NCBI GenBank assembly: GCA_963712745.1
Contig: CAVQJC010000017.1
Location: 32,001 to 96,000 of the forward strand
From: an uncultured Chloroflexia bacterium
GTDB lineage: Bacteria; Chloroflexota; Limnocylindria; Limnocylindrales; CSP1-4
Reading direction: 5' to 3'
Length of the DNA stretch: 64,000 nt
The first letter of the stretch is position 1. Each line of letters opens with the position of its first letter. The position numbers and the translations under genes were made by a program. This document shows positions 48,346 through 57,189 of the stretch, piece after piece. Below the pieces are notes generated by a model, which was not told where the DNA came from, searched no databases, and was given only the letters and a program-made list of their open reading frames with translations.

Positions 48346-48740
48346 GGGCAGCGCCGCGGTCATCTTGGCCGTGAGCGCCATCTACGCGGTCCTCGACGCG
48401 CATCACCACGACGCCCGCGGGGCACTGCGCCACGCACTCGAACGTGGTGAACGCCTGGCGCTGCCAGCCTCGGCCTAGGCGCAAGCCATGGTCGGTCCCC
48501 AGCGCAGCGATCGGGACGCGGCCACCACCATCAATGCCTTCATCGATGCGCTGCCCGCCGCCGCGGAGCCCGCCACGCGCGACATCGCCCGCGCGGCCGC
48601 GGCTCTACGAGCGCGCAATGGCCGATTCCTCCGCTTGCCTGACGCCCTCATGCTTGCGACCGCGGAAGTCCTTGGGGCCGACCGCGCCTCACTACCGACG
48701 CCGGCTGGCCGTATACCGCGGTGGACGTCCACATCGTCGG
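48346..48740 (+). pseudogene. PIN domain toxin pseudogene
   Basis: AVLDAHHHDAR..LPASA*AQAMVGP..LRLPDALMLATA; in-frame TAG and no antitoxin. Confidence 0.7.
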
Positions 48741-48859
48741 GCCGAACCACGCCAGGCGGTAGGTCGACCTCCGGATCGCAGCATCGTCGGATGACCGGGA
48801 AGCGGCAGGGGCTCGAGGCCGTTGAGCCGCGGGTCCTCGGTCCGAACCATCAAGGATTC

Positions 48860-49057
48860 CTAGACGGTTGCCTCCTCCGTGAGCGCCCCTTCCTCGAAGA
48901 CGTTCCGGACGCGCAGGTTCACGTTCGCGACCGTCGTCTCGAACAGGTCCGCCATCTGGCGTTGCGTCAGCCACACGGTCTCGTCCTGCACGACGACCTC
49001 GACCCGAGGCCCTCTGTCCGGGGCTTCGTACACGACCACCCCGCCCTGGGTGGTCAT
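48860..49057 (-). pseudogene. RhuM/Fic-associated DNA-binding protein N-terminus, truncated
   Basis: VVVYEAPD..ETVWLTQRQMADLF..NVFEEGAL then premature TAG. Confidence 0.8.
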
Positions 49058-49104
49058 CCTGCCTCCTTGTCGCTCATGACTCGAGTCTCGGCGATTGGCT
49101 CTGC

Positions 49105-49386
49105 CTACACAACCGGCAGGACCGTCGAGCATGGCGGGCCCCGACCCACGCGCCCGAGCCGCTCTTCGTCCTCGGAGAGGTCGACGTACAGGACGGGGAC
49201 CAATGGTTCGCCGCGGCTGATCGCGAGGGCCACCCTGAGGTGGCCGTCGACGACGTGCCCGGTGCGCTGGTTGACGAGCACGTTCTGGACCCAGCCGACC
49301 TGGTCAAGGACCCCGGCCAGTGCCTCCTGCTGGGCCTTCGGATGGACGCGGCAGTTGGCCGGGCTGGCGAGCAGCCGGTCGGGCAA
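49105..49386 (-). pseudogene. ParB/Srx-like N-terminal domain of a phage ParB-methylase, fragment
   Basis: PANCRVHPKAQ..VGWVQNVLVNQRTGHVVDGHLRV..VDLSEDEE. Confidence 0.8.
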
Positions 49387-49558
49387 GACCCTCTACTCTC
49401 GTTCTATCGCGTACAGGGCGAGCTGGGCCTGAGCTGGTGGCTGGCCACCTTCGCTCGAGTTGGCGCCCGGTGCGACTTGCCATCCTGCTCTGTTGGCATC
49501 ATATTGGAGTGTGACGGTAGGGCTTTAGCTCGCCCATGGACTGAGGAGGATTCGACGG

Positions 49559-49951
49559 ATGGCTTCGGACATCATGGGGCAACTGAAGGGCCTGCTCGAC
49601 GACCCGCAAGTCGTAGAGCAACTCAAGGGTCTGCTGCCGGAGGGCACCGACATCGGCGAGCTGCTCCAGGATCCGGGCAAGCTCCTGGATGCCCTCAAGG
49701 ACAGCCCTGACTTGCTCAACAAGGTCCAGGAGCTCGTACCGGATGTGGACATCCAGGGCGCGCTGTCCTCGCTGACCGGTGCGGCCGGGGATGCCGCCGG
49801 CGCTGCCGCCGGTGCTGCCGGAGCCGCCGGAGCCGCTGCCGCGGGCGCTGCCGGGGATGCCGCTGGCGCTGCCGGCGACGCCGCGGATGCCGCGACCGAC
49901 ACTGCCGGCGGGATCATCGACAGCGTCAAGGGGCTGTTCGGCAAGAGCTGA
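49559..49951 (+). CDS. Small Ala/Gly-rich low-complexity protein
   Basis: GAGGAGG RBS; repeated QLKGLL, GAAGDAA and GAA units. Confidence 0.75.
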   Translation: MASDIMGQLKGLLDDPQVVEQLKGLLPEGTDIGELLQDPGKLLDALKDSPDLLNKVQELVPDVDIQGALSSLTGAAGDAAGAAAGAAGAAGAAAAGAAGDAAGAAGDAADAATDTAGGIIDSVKGLFGKS

Positions 49952-50111
49952 TCGCCCGCAGACGATCGCGCTCGGCGCGTCGACGCGACGGACGCCATGG
50001 CCTAGCGCTCACGCGTTCGTGACCATTCCGTCGTGGCTCCGGACACCGCAACGGTGCCGAAGCCACGACTGTCTCCGGGGCGATGCGAACATCCGTGATG
50101 TCGCCTGACGT

Positions 50112-51500
50112 TCAAGCCTCGTCCTCCAGGCCCATGGCCTCGTCGGTGATGACCGCCGGGTCCAGGTCGGGATCGAGATCGTTGGCCTTCGCGGCCGCCA
50201 GCGCACCCTCGCCGCCCAGCTCGGCGATGCGGGCCTCCACCTTCCGGATGACGAACGAGAGGTGCGTACGCAGCTGGTAGAGCGTGCCCATCTTGCCCGC
50301 CGGCATACGCCGCTGCCGGGCCAGCTGACCGTCGAGGCCGACGAGGAAGTCCTGCTGTTCCATCAGCTCCTCGAGGCTGGACTCCCCCAGGTTGCGCTCG
50401 ATGGCATTGATGCGCGGATACCACGAGTTGACGCGGCTGTTGTTGAACCACTCCCAGCCGGCCTTGGCCAGGGTGTAGACCGGGAACGCGAGCACGAGCA
50501 ACGGCAGCAGGATGAGGTAGACCCGCGACAGGGGCGAGGCGATCTCGAAGGGCAGGAACGACTCCAGCGGTGTCGGCCCCTCCTCGAGGTACTTCCTGGC
50601 GTCCTCGTCGACCGGGAACTGCGTCTGGCTCAGCGAGGGGAAGGCGTCGAGATCGCCGACGTAGGGGACCGGCAGGACCCCCGGTAGCTCACGCACGATG
50701 AGCCGGGCCAGGTCGGGGTTCAGGCCGTCGCGACCCATGAGCGTGGCTCGGGCGGCCAGCATGGCCATGTCCTGGGGTGGCACCGGGGACGCGCCCGGAT
50801 CGTAGACGCCGCGGAAGAGCGTCACCGGCGAGAGGAACGGCAGCCGGCGCGAAAGCCCTTCCGTGTTCGGGACGGGCAGGAGCTCGAGATCGGGGATGGC
50901 CGCAAGCTCCGCTACGAGCGGCGCATTGGCGGCCACCACGAAGAAGGCGGCGTCGATGGTCCCCTCCGCCAGGCCCGCGATGGCCTCGTCGGTGGTCCAC
51001 TCCAGGGCGATGGCCGTCGAGTCGGTCTGGTCGATGAGGGCCCGGGCGGTCGCGTTCGTGCCGCTGCCGGCGGGACCGATGGCCAGGCGTTTGCCGGCCA
51101 GGATGGGGATGCCATCCACGACCTCGATGGCACCCTCCCGCGCGAAGATCCAGAAGGGTTCGTAGAACACCTCTGACAGCGCGGTCGAGCCGCCGATGTC
51201 GGTCAGGAACTCGGTGCCGCTCTGGATGAGTCCGACGTCCGCGTCGCCCGTGCGCAGCAGCTCGGCGTTCTCGATGGAGCCGGCGGTCTCGAGGACCTCG
51301 ACCGTGATGCCCTCGGTCGCCAGGACCTCCTGCAGCGAGGCGGCGAAGGCTGCGTACATGCCGCCCGGCTGACCCGCCGCGAGCGTGAACGTCTTGGGCG
51401 GGCGCCCGAGCAGCACGACCGCCACCATGGCCGCGAGCAGCGCCACGATGACCCCGAGCACGAGGGATACCACCACTTTGCGGCCGAGACCGTCTCTCAT
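50112..51500 (-). CDS. TAXI-family solute-binding protein with N- and C-terminal TM helices
   Basis: AAGQPGGMY, TAGSIEN, FYEPFW, IGPAGSGT. Confidence 0.85.
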   Translation of the reverse strand: MRDGLGRKVVVSLVLGVIVALLAAMVAVVLLGRPPKTFTLAAGQPGGMYAAFAASLQEVLATEGITVEVLETAGSIENAELLRTGDADVGLIQSGTEFLTDIGGSTALSEVFYEPFWIFAREGAIEVVDGIPILAGKRLAIGPAGSGTNATARALIDQTDSTAIALEWTTDEAIAGLAEGTIDAAFFVVAANAPLVAELAAIPDLELLPVPNTEGLSRRLPFLSPVTLFRGVYDPGASPVPPQDMAMLAARATLMGRDGLNPDLARLIVRELPGVLPVPYVGDLDAFPSLSQTQFPVDEDARKYLEEGPTPLESFLPFEIASPLSRVYLILLPLLVLAFPVYTLAKAGWEWFNNSRVNSWYPRINAIERNLGESSLEELMEQQDFLVGLDGQLARQRRMPAGKMGTLYQLRTHLSFVIRKVEARIAELGGEGALAAAKANDLDPDLDPAVITDEAMGLEDEA

Positions 51501-51849
51501 CTTGCGCCTCCGACCAGTGATAGAAACCGGCGACAAGCCCGCCGGCCTCCCGATCATGCGCCGGACCGTGAGTCCCGGCGCTGCCGCCGGGCCCGCGGGC
51601 ATCGCAACCACCCTATGGCGCCGCCATAGTACGCGCGGTGCGGTCGGCCCCACACCACGTTACAGCCGGATGTCTCCGTATCGCTGGAAGAGGACGGGAT
51701 CCGACACGGTCAAGCAGACGCAGCCGGCGGAATACCTGGCGGTCCGGGGCGAACGGCCACGACCTACGAGCCTCGGCAATAGCCGGGCGCCGCGCGGTGT
51801 GGCCAAGGGGATCGCGGACAGGTCGGCTGGAGCCTGCGGCGCTGCCGTC

Positions 51850-52450
51850 CCGCCGTGGCAGGGTTTCACCTTCTGGCCGCTGCCGCACGGTCAGAGGTCA
51901 TTGCGCCCGGCCGACGCGACGGCCAGGCCGAGGTCCGCGTCGAACTGCGCCAGCATGAGCATCACCTCGGAGGCCTGGCGGCCGGCCTTGAGCAGCCCCA
52001 CGATGGCCTTCGCGGGGCGCTCGATGTGGCGGAGGAATGCCATGCAGCCCGCGCACAGGTAGTTGAGGCCGGGCTCGCCGTCTCGGGTCACCAGGAAGCG
52101 GTTCTTCGGGCATTCGCCGTGGCAGGCGAAGCCGACATCGTACTCGCGGCACATGCGGGGCAAGGTGTCGCGCTTGGCCGCCCCGAACGACTGTTGCTGA
52201 TCCGAGCCGACCAGGTCGAGCATCGGCAGCTCCCGGATGTTGCCCAGCCGATGCTCGGGCTCGACGAGGTGATCGCAGGAGTACAGGTCGCCGATGTGCT
52301 CGAGGCAGGCCCGCGCCACAGGTGGCGTCGAAGACGCAGAGTCCCGAGCCGGGGGCCCCGTAGAAGTTGCGCAGCGTGGCCTCGAACGTCTGGACGAAGA
52401 CCCGGCCGACGTCGTTGCGGACCCAGTCGACGAAGATGGTGCTGAGGAAG
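51850..52450 (-). pseudogene. Anaerobic sulfatase maturase (SPASM + SEC-C) 3' fragment
   Basis: WVRNDVGRVFVQTFE, GDLYSCDH, CHGECPKNRF, LNYLCAG, GRNDL*PCGSG. Confidence 0.85.
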
Positions 52451-52530
52451 CGCATGAAGCGCGAGAAGTAGGGCACGACGAGGACATCGCAGTCCTTGCC
52501 GGCTCGTTCGAGCAGGTCGCTGAAGTGCCG
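52451..52530 (-). pseudogene. Serine recombinase catalytic-domain scrap
   Basis: RHFSDLLERAGKDCDVLVVPYFSRFMR resembles the resolvase D-V-L-V-V...SRF.R motif. Confidence 0.5.
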
Positions 52531-52667
52531 AGGCCAGGCAGCAGCCGAGGCGGACGTCAAACGACGACCTCTCGCCCACGGACGAACCGAGAGCAGCAGA
52601 TGCCGACGGCGTCGTCGCTGACCGTGACCAGTTGGAGCGGGGACTCCGGCGCTTGTCGATGCCTGGG

Positions 52668-52709
52668 CGCGTGGCGGCGCCTTCCGCGTGGCGGCGCCTT
52701 CCGCGTGGC
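52668..52709 (+). repeat. 17-bp tandem repeat
   Basis: CGCGTGGCGGCGCCTTC x2 plus CGCGTGGC. Confidence 0.9.
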
Positions 52710-52901
52710 CTTGGTCTCGGGGCAGGTCTTCGATGGGCGACTGGACCCCTGACGGCTTGGGCTAGTGCTCCTGATCAGAGACCTCGGACGGCGTCGCGAC
52801 CGTGAACGACGTGCGATCCCGATGGCCTCCTACCGGGCGAGCGTGAAGCGATGCGGTCTGGCTCGCCCGGGAACGACGGCCATGGCTGCTGCGACACAGG
52901 A

Positions 52902-52929
52902 CGAGAGCCGGGATCGCTCCCGGCTCTCG
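52902..52929. terminator. Hairpin downstream of the SIMPL gene
   Basis: Perfect 12-bp stem CGAGAGCCGGGA/TCCCGGCTCTCG. Confidence 0.65.
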
Positions 52930-52980
52930 ACTTCTCTGCCCATTCTTGGCGTGCCGAGGGCAGCCGGGTGACGGCGGTGG

Positions 52981-53745
52981 CTAGGCGATCTCGTACTGGA
53001 TGAAGACGCTGACCGAGAGCTCGACCTCACCCGGCAGGACCGGGGTCTTGGCCATCGTATCCATGGCCGCGCCCAGCGCCATCTCACCATCCATGTAGAG
53101 CGGCTGCGGTTGCTGACCCCCGGACTCGCTGATGGTGACGATGCCGATGATCTCGACACCGGCGTCGGCGGCCAGCTGGTCAGCCTTGGCCCTGGCATCG
53201 GCGACGGCAGCGCTGCGCGCGGTCGCCTCAGCCTCGGTCGGATCCTCGACGCGGAAGCTGATGCCGTTGATGTTGTTGGCACCCGCGGCAGTCGCCGTAT
53301 CGACCACGGTACCGACCGACTCGATGTCGCGGATGGTCACGTTGACCATGTTGTTGGCTTCCCAGCCGGTGATCTTGGGGGGCTCGGTCTCCCAGTCGTA
53401 CACCGGGTTCAGGCTCAGGTTGGTGGTCTGGATGTCCGCCTCGGCGATGCCTATCCCCAGCAGAGCCGTGACCACCGCATCCATGGCCTCCGCGGCCTGT
53501 TGCGAGGCTCCACCCGCTTCCTTGTCCTGGAAATTGACCCCGAGGCTGATGTCGGCCACATCGGGAGCCGCCTTGACGCGGCCGACGCCGGAGACGTTGA
53601 GGGAGCGCACGGTCTCGTCGCTGTCCGTCGAGGACTGGGCGCTCACCGCGGCCGTGCCCATGAACGAGGCCGCAAGCAGACCCGCGGCAAGACCGGCAGC
53701 CAGCCAGTGCCGACGGCTGCGAGAGAGGGGGAGTGTGGTATCCAC
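52981..53745 (-). CDS. SIMPL domain (DUF541/BP26) secreted protein
   Basis: VSGVGRVKAAPDVA, DIQTT, GANNINGISF, AVADARAKA. Confidence 0.92.
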   Translation of the reverse strand: MDTTLPLSRSRRHWLAAGLAAGLLAASFMGTAAVSAQSSTDSDETVRSLNVSGVGRVKAAPDVADISLGVNFQDKEAGGASQQAAEAMDAVVTALLGIGIAEADIQTTNLSLNPVYDWETEPPKITGWEANNMVNVTIRDIESVGTVVDTATAAGANNINGISFRVEDPTEAEATARSAAVADARAKADQLAADAGVEIIGIVTISESGGQQPQPLYMDGEMALGAAMDTMAKTPVLPGEVELSVSVFIQYEIA

Positions 53746-53966
53746 GGGTGATCGTTCCTCCGATGGTGATGGGTCACTGGACGGGACCGAGCGGCGGTGC
53801 TCGTCGTCGGCCCGCAGTAGCTAGACGTCAGGCTGACCAGTGTGGTTCCGGGTCGGTCGATGGACGCCTCGCCCGAGCAGCGGATGTCGCCGGAGGCAGC
53901 CGCCCGCCGGGGATGTAGCATCGACGCCCAGAGGCGGGCCGCTCGCTGCCCAGGCGAGCTCGTCGG

Positions 53967-54510
53967 ATGACAGGGGGAGTGTCTTCGATGACTCGACATC
54001 GGGTGGGTGCTCCGTCGAAGCACCATGCTGGCCGCCTGGCCACCGTCATGGTCTTCGTGGCCGCGATCGTGGCGAGCCCTGGAGCGCTGGCTCAGTCACC
54101 CTCGCCATCCCTCGCGCCTGCGGCGAGCGCCTCCCCGGCCACGACATTCGACGTCTTCGCCGGCAGCCCCACCACGACCGTCTCGCTCGGGCTCTACTCC
54201 GGCTTGCCCGACCCGTCCTGGGAGCTGTCCGACGAGGAAGCGTCGGCCCTCACCGCGCTCCTCGAGTCGCTGCCCCGCGTGGACGGCCCAGCGCCATCGG
54301 GTGGTCTCGGCTATCACGGCTTCACGATCGAGCGGCTGACGCCCGAGGGCATGCCGCGCCTGCTGCTGGCGTTCGAGGGTACGGTCTCCGACCCGCTCTC
54401 GAGCCATCTCTCCTACCTCGATGATCCCGGACGGTCGGTCGAGCGTTTCCTCCTCGACAGCGGGCGCGACTGGCTGTCGGCCGTCGAGATCGATGGCGCC
54501 CGGACTCGAT
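53967..54510 (+). pseudogene. Secreted hypothetical protein, 3' end lost at the Zn-finger relic
   Basis: Signal peptide; YSGLPDPSWEL..GLGYHGF..VERFLLDSG, then non-coding-like read-through. Confidence 0.55.
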
Positions 54511-54889
54511 CCCGGGCCGACGTCGTCTGCGGGTTCGTAGCCGGCGGCGAGGCAGCGCTGACTCGCTGGGTCGCCCGGAACCGCGGGAGACCTGGGCCGG
54601 ACCGCGCCCGCCAGCGTCTCGTCCGCGAGCGGCAGCGCTCGCCGCACACGATGGCCTGCCGACGCCGGCCGTCGAGCGGGACGCCGCAGCCCGGGCAGAC
54701 GCGTCCGGCGGGCCGGCGGCCGATGGCGCTGCGGTGGGCCTCGCACCAGACCCGGGGGCGGCCACGGCCGGGTCGGGCCTCGAGCTCGGCACCGCACGCG
54801 CGGCAACGGCGCCGTGGCGTGACCAGTGCCCGCAGCTGCGCCGTGCCCATCCGGGCCAGGGCCTCGAGCTCATCCATCACGATCATCAT
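54413..54889 (-). CDS. Phage-type double Zn-finger protein immediately downstream of the cos-like site
   Basis: CRACG..GRPRVWCEAH and CPGCG..AIVCGERC. Confidence 0.7.
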   Translation of the reverse strand: MMIVMDELEALARMGTAQLRALVTPRRRCRACGAELEARPGRGRPRVWCEAHRSAIGRRPAGRVCPGCGVPLDGRRRQAIVCGERCRSRTRRWRARSGPGLPRFRATQRVSAASPPATNPQTTSARDRVRAPSISTADSQSRPLSRRKRSTDRPGSSR

Positions 54890-54931
54890 CCCATCGGGCG
54901 ACCGGGTGTCCGCATCAATACGGCGTAATCA

Positions 54932-55041
54932 GGCGAAACTCGGCCGCGCGTGCACCACGCTCCGGGGTCCCCCGGGCGCCCACGTCAGCGCCATGTGGGT
55001 ACCGGTGGTCCACCGCCCGGCCCAACGCCACGCCCAACGCC
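54932..55041 (+). repeat. cos-like repeat A, copy 4
   Basis: Core at 54932..55003; boxes at 54985, 55010, 55022 and 55034. Confidence 0.85.
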
Positions 55042-55186
55042 CCGTCCTGGCCTGCCTGGGGAGCGCGCAACGGGGCTTCGTTGTAGTAGTCTCCCGCTCT
55101 GTCTAGACCGACCCAGCAGGGTCGTCGCGCAGCTCGACGGCGCCGCATCCCGTTGGCGCCGCAGGACGGGGGGATAGGAGGAAGCG

Positions 55187-55837
55187 TTGTCCCGTTCCCG
55201 CACCCTGGCCCTCGTCGGCGCAGCCGCCCTGCTGCTCGTGTCCGCCGCGCCCATCGTGGCCCAGGACGAGGCCACCACCGATGACAGCATGGACATGGAG
55301 GGCCTGACCCTCGATGTCGGCGGCGTCGAGTACGCCTTCACGAACCTACCGACGAGCGTGCCCGCGGGCACGTCCCTGACCTTCACCAACAACGGTGCCG
55401 AGGTCCACGAGATGGTCGTCGTGCGCATCGCTGACGGCGTCACCGAGAGCCTCGAGGAGATCCTGGCCATGGAGGCCGAGGGTCGTGACCCGATGGCCGA
55501 GGGCCTGGTCGAGATCGTGGGGGACATGCCGCTCTTCGCGGCACCGGGGACCACCGCCGAGGGCACCCGGACGCTCGAGAGCGAGGGACGCTACGTCGTC
55601 CTCTGCTTCATCCCCCAGGGCCTCACGGACATGTCGGTCCTCGAGCAGCTCGGTCCAGACGCGAACCCCGAGGATATGCCGCCCGAGGTCCAGGCGATCA
55701 TGGCCAACCCGCCGCACCTGGCGCTGGGCATGATCCAGGAGTTCACCGTCACCCCGGCGGGGACCGAGGTCGGCCCGCTGCCGGAGGCTGCTTCCGACGG
55801 GATGGCACCCGAGGACGAGGAGGCGGCGTCGAAGTAG
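55187..55837 (+). CDS. Secreted cupredoxin-like protein with an expanded Cys-His loop
   Basis: Signal peptide; EYAF, NNGAEVHEM, YVVLCFIP...HLALGM. Confidence 0.82.
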   Translation: MSRSRTLALVGAAALLLVSAAPIVAQDEATTDDSMDMEGLTLDVGGVEYAFTNLPTSVPAGTSLTFTNNGAEVHEMVVVRIADGVTESLEEILAMEAEGRDPMAEGLVEIVGDMPLFAAPGTTAEGTRTLESEGRYVVLCFIPQGLTDMSVLEQLGPDANPEDMPPEVQAIMANPPHLALGMIQEFTVTPAGTEVGPLPEAASDGMAPEDEEAASK

Positions 55838-55843
55838 TCGCCG

Positions 55844-56062
55844 ATCACCACGGATACGCTGGAGCGCTCGCTGGAGAAAGTCCGCAGACGGACCAAGGTC
55901 ATCGGCCAGTTCCCCGGTGAGAGCAGTCGCCTGACGATGGCCTGGGCCGTCATGGACCTCGTCATCGCCGGCGCCAAGGGACTCGGGCTGACCATGCCGG
56001 AGCGCCATGCCATCGCTGTCATCGTCGCTGACCGGGCAGCCCCGAGCGTCGGTCTTCCCTGA
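55844..56062 (+). mobile_element. IS256-family transposase C-terminal remnant
   Basis: TTDTLERSLEKVRRRTKVIGQFPGESS matches the IS256 TTN.LER...RRRTKV.G.FP motif. Confidence 0.8.
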
Positions 56063-56095
56063 TGTGGACACACTGGCGTGCTATTGTGTGCACAT
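56062..56095. promoter_or_regulatory. Probable antitoxin operator
   Basis: ATGTGGACACA-N12-TGTGTGCACAT inverted repeat overlapping the start codon. Confidence 0.6.
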
Positions 56096-56354
56096 GGCTG
56101 AGGTCGGGATCCGCGAACTGAAGCAGCGTCTGTCCGAGTACCTGGACCGAGCAGAGCGAGGTGAAGTCGTGCAGGTCACCCACCGTGGCCGCCCAAAGGC
56201 GATGCTCGGTCCGGTGCCTGGCCGCGCGCGCGTCGAGGAGGGTATCCGCAGTGGATGGATCACCCCGGGTACCGGCTCGCCGCTTGGTCCTGTGCATCGA
56301 GCGAAGGCGTCCAGGCGCGTGCTCGACGTGCTGGCCGGGGATCGCGGTGAGTGA
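56094..56354 (+). CDS. Phd/YefM-type (VapB) antitoxin
   Basis: MAEVGIRELKQRLSEYLDRAERGEVVQVTHRGRP. Confidence 0.92.
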   Translation: MAEVGIRELKQRLSEYLDRAERGEVVQVTHRGRPKAMLGPVPGRARVEEGIRSGWITPGTGSPLGPVHRAKASRRVLDVLAGDRGE

Positions 56355-56755
56355 GTACCTACGTCGATTCGAGCGCCTTGCTCAAGCGCTACGTGGACGA
56401 GGCCGACTCGGCCGACGCTGATGCCCTGCTGCAGGCCGACGGTGCGCTCCTGACGGCCCGACACACGATCGTGGAGGTGCGCCGCAACCTCGCTCGCCTG
56501 CTCTCCGGGCGCGATCTCGTCGCCGCGCGAGCCGCATTCGCGGACGACCTGCGCTCCATCTCGATCATCGAGCTCGACGAGGCGACCTGCGATTCGGCTG
56601 CGTTGATCGCGGAGTCCACCGGCGCGCGCACGCTCGATGCGCTCCATCTCGCGGCCGCACAACGGGTCTCCGCGCCAGGGGTCGGCTTCCTGACGTTCGA
56701 CCTTCGCCAGGCACAGGCAGCCCGCGCGATCGGTCTCACCGTCGTGACCGCCTGA
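56351..56755 (+). CDS. vapC: PIN domain toxin
   Basis: YVDSSALLKRY, VEV, RTLDALHLAAA, TFD. Confidence 0.93.
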   Translation: MSTYVDSSALLKRYVDEADSADADALLQADGALLTARHTIVEVRRNLARLLSGRDLVAARAAFADDLRSISIIELDEATCDSAALIAESTGARTLDALHLAAAQRVSAPGVGFLTFDLRQAQAARAIGLTVVTA

Positions 56756-56924
56756 TCGGACACGCAGGTGGCGTGATCGGGTCGGGACCCGCAGGCACCG
56801 TGGGCCAACGATGGCGGGGCAGGGGCTCGAGACCGTCGAGGTGGCTCGGGCGGGTCTCGTCGCGACACAGCTTCGCGGCGTCGGGCGCACGGGCCGTCCC
56901 CGCCGATCCGCGCGGCGCTTCCCG

Positions 56925-57050
56925 CCCCGAGCCTGCGAAAGGATCGAGCACCGCCTCACCCGGGAGCGAGCTGTAGCCTCGGACCAGCCGGGGGCATCGG
57001 CTTCCGGCGTCGGGTGGATGGTCACCGGCTTCACTCGCGGCAGCTCGACC
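56925..57050 (-). pseudogene. N4/N6 DNA methyltransferase C-terminal fragment
   Basis: ELPRVKPVTIHPT, frameshift, then YSSLPGEAVLDPFAGSG. Confidence 0.7.
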
Positions 57051-57189
57051 TTCTCGATCAGCGCCTCCGATGTCGCCCCAAGGGCGGACCCAGACGAAAC
57101 GCCTGCGCCCACATCTCTAGCGACCGCTACTCTCGGCGAGTCAGGCTCGCACCCGCACCGGGCGAGCCGGCCACCAGCCAACCTAGCCC

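Noticed and set aside
49955-50060. Third Zn-finger relic (DAPSAIVCG reading)
   Set aside because: Only 10-12 bp matches, too weak to call
9372-55041. CRISPR array
   Set aside because: The repeats are kilobases apart with no regular spacers, and there are no cas genes
47696-56963. IS481/IS3 remnant from the plus-strand IEHRLTR reading
   Set aside because: The minus strand gives PGEAVLDP(F/L)AGSG preceded by HPT, a better fit to a DNA methyltransferase
4200-57050. Intact prophage
   Set aside because: No terminase, portal, capsid or full integrase; only fragments are present
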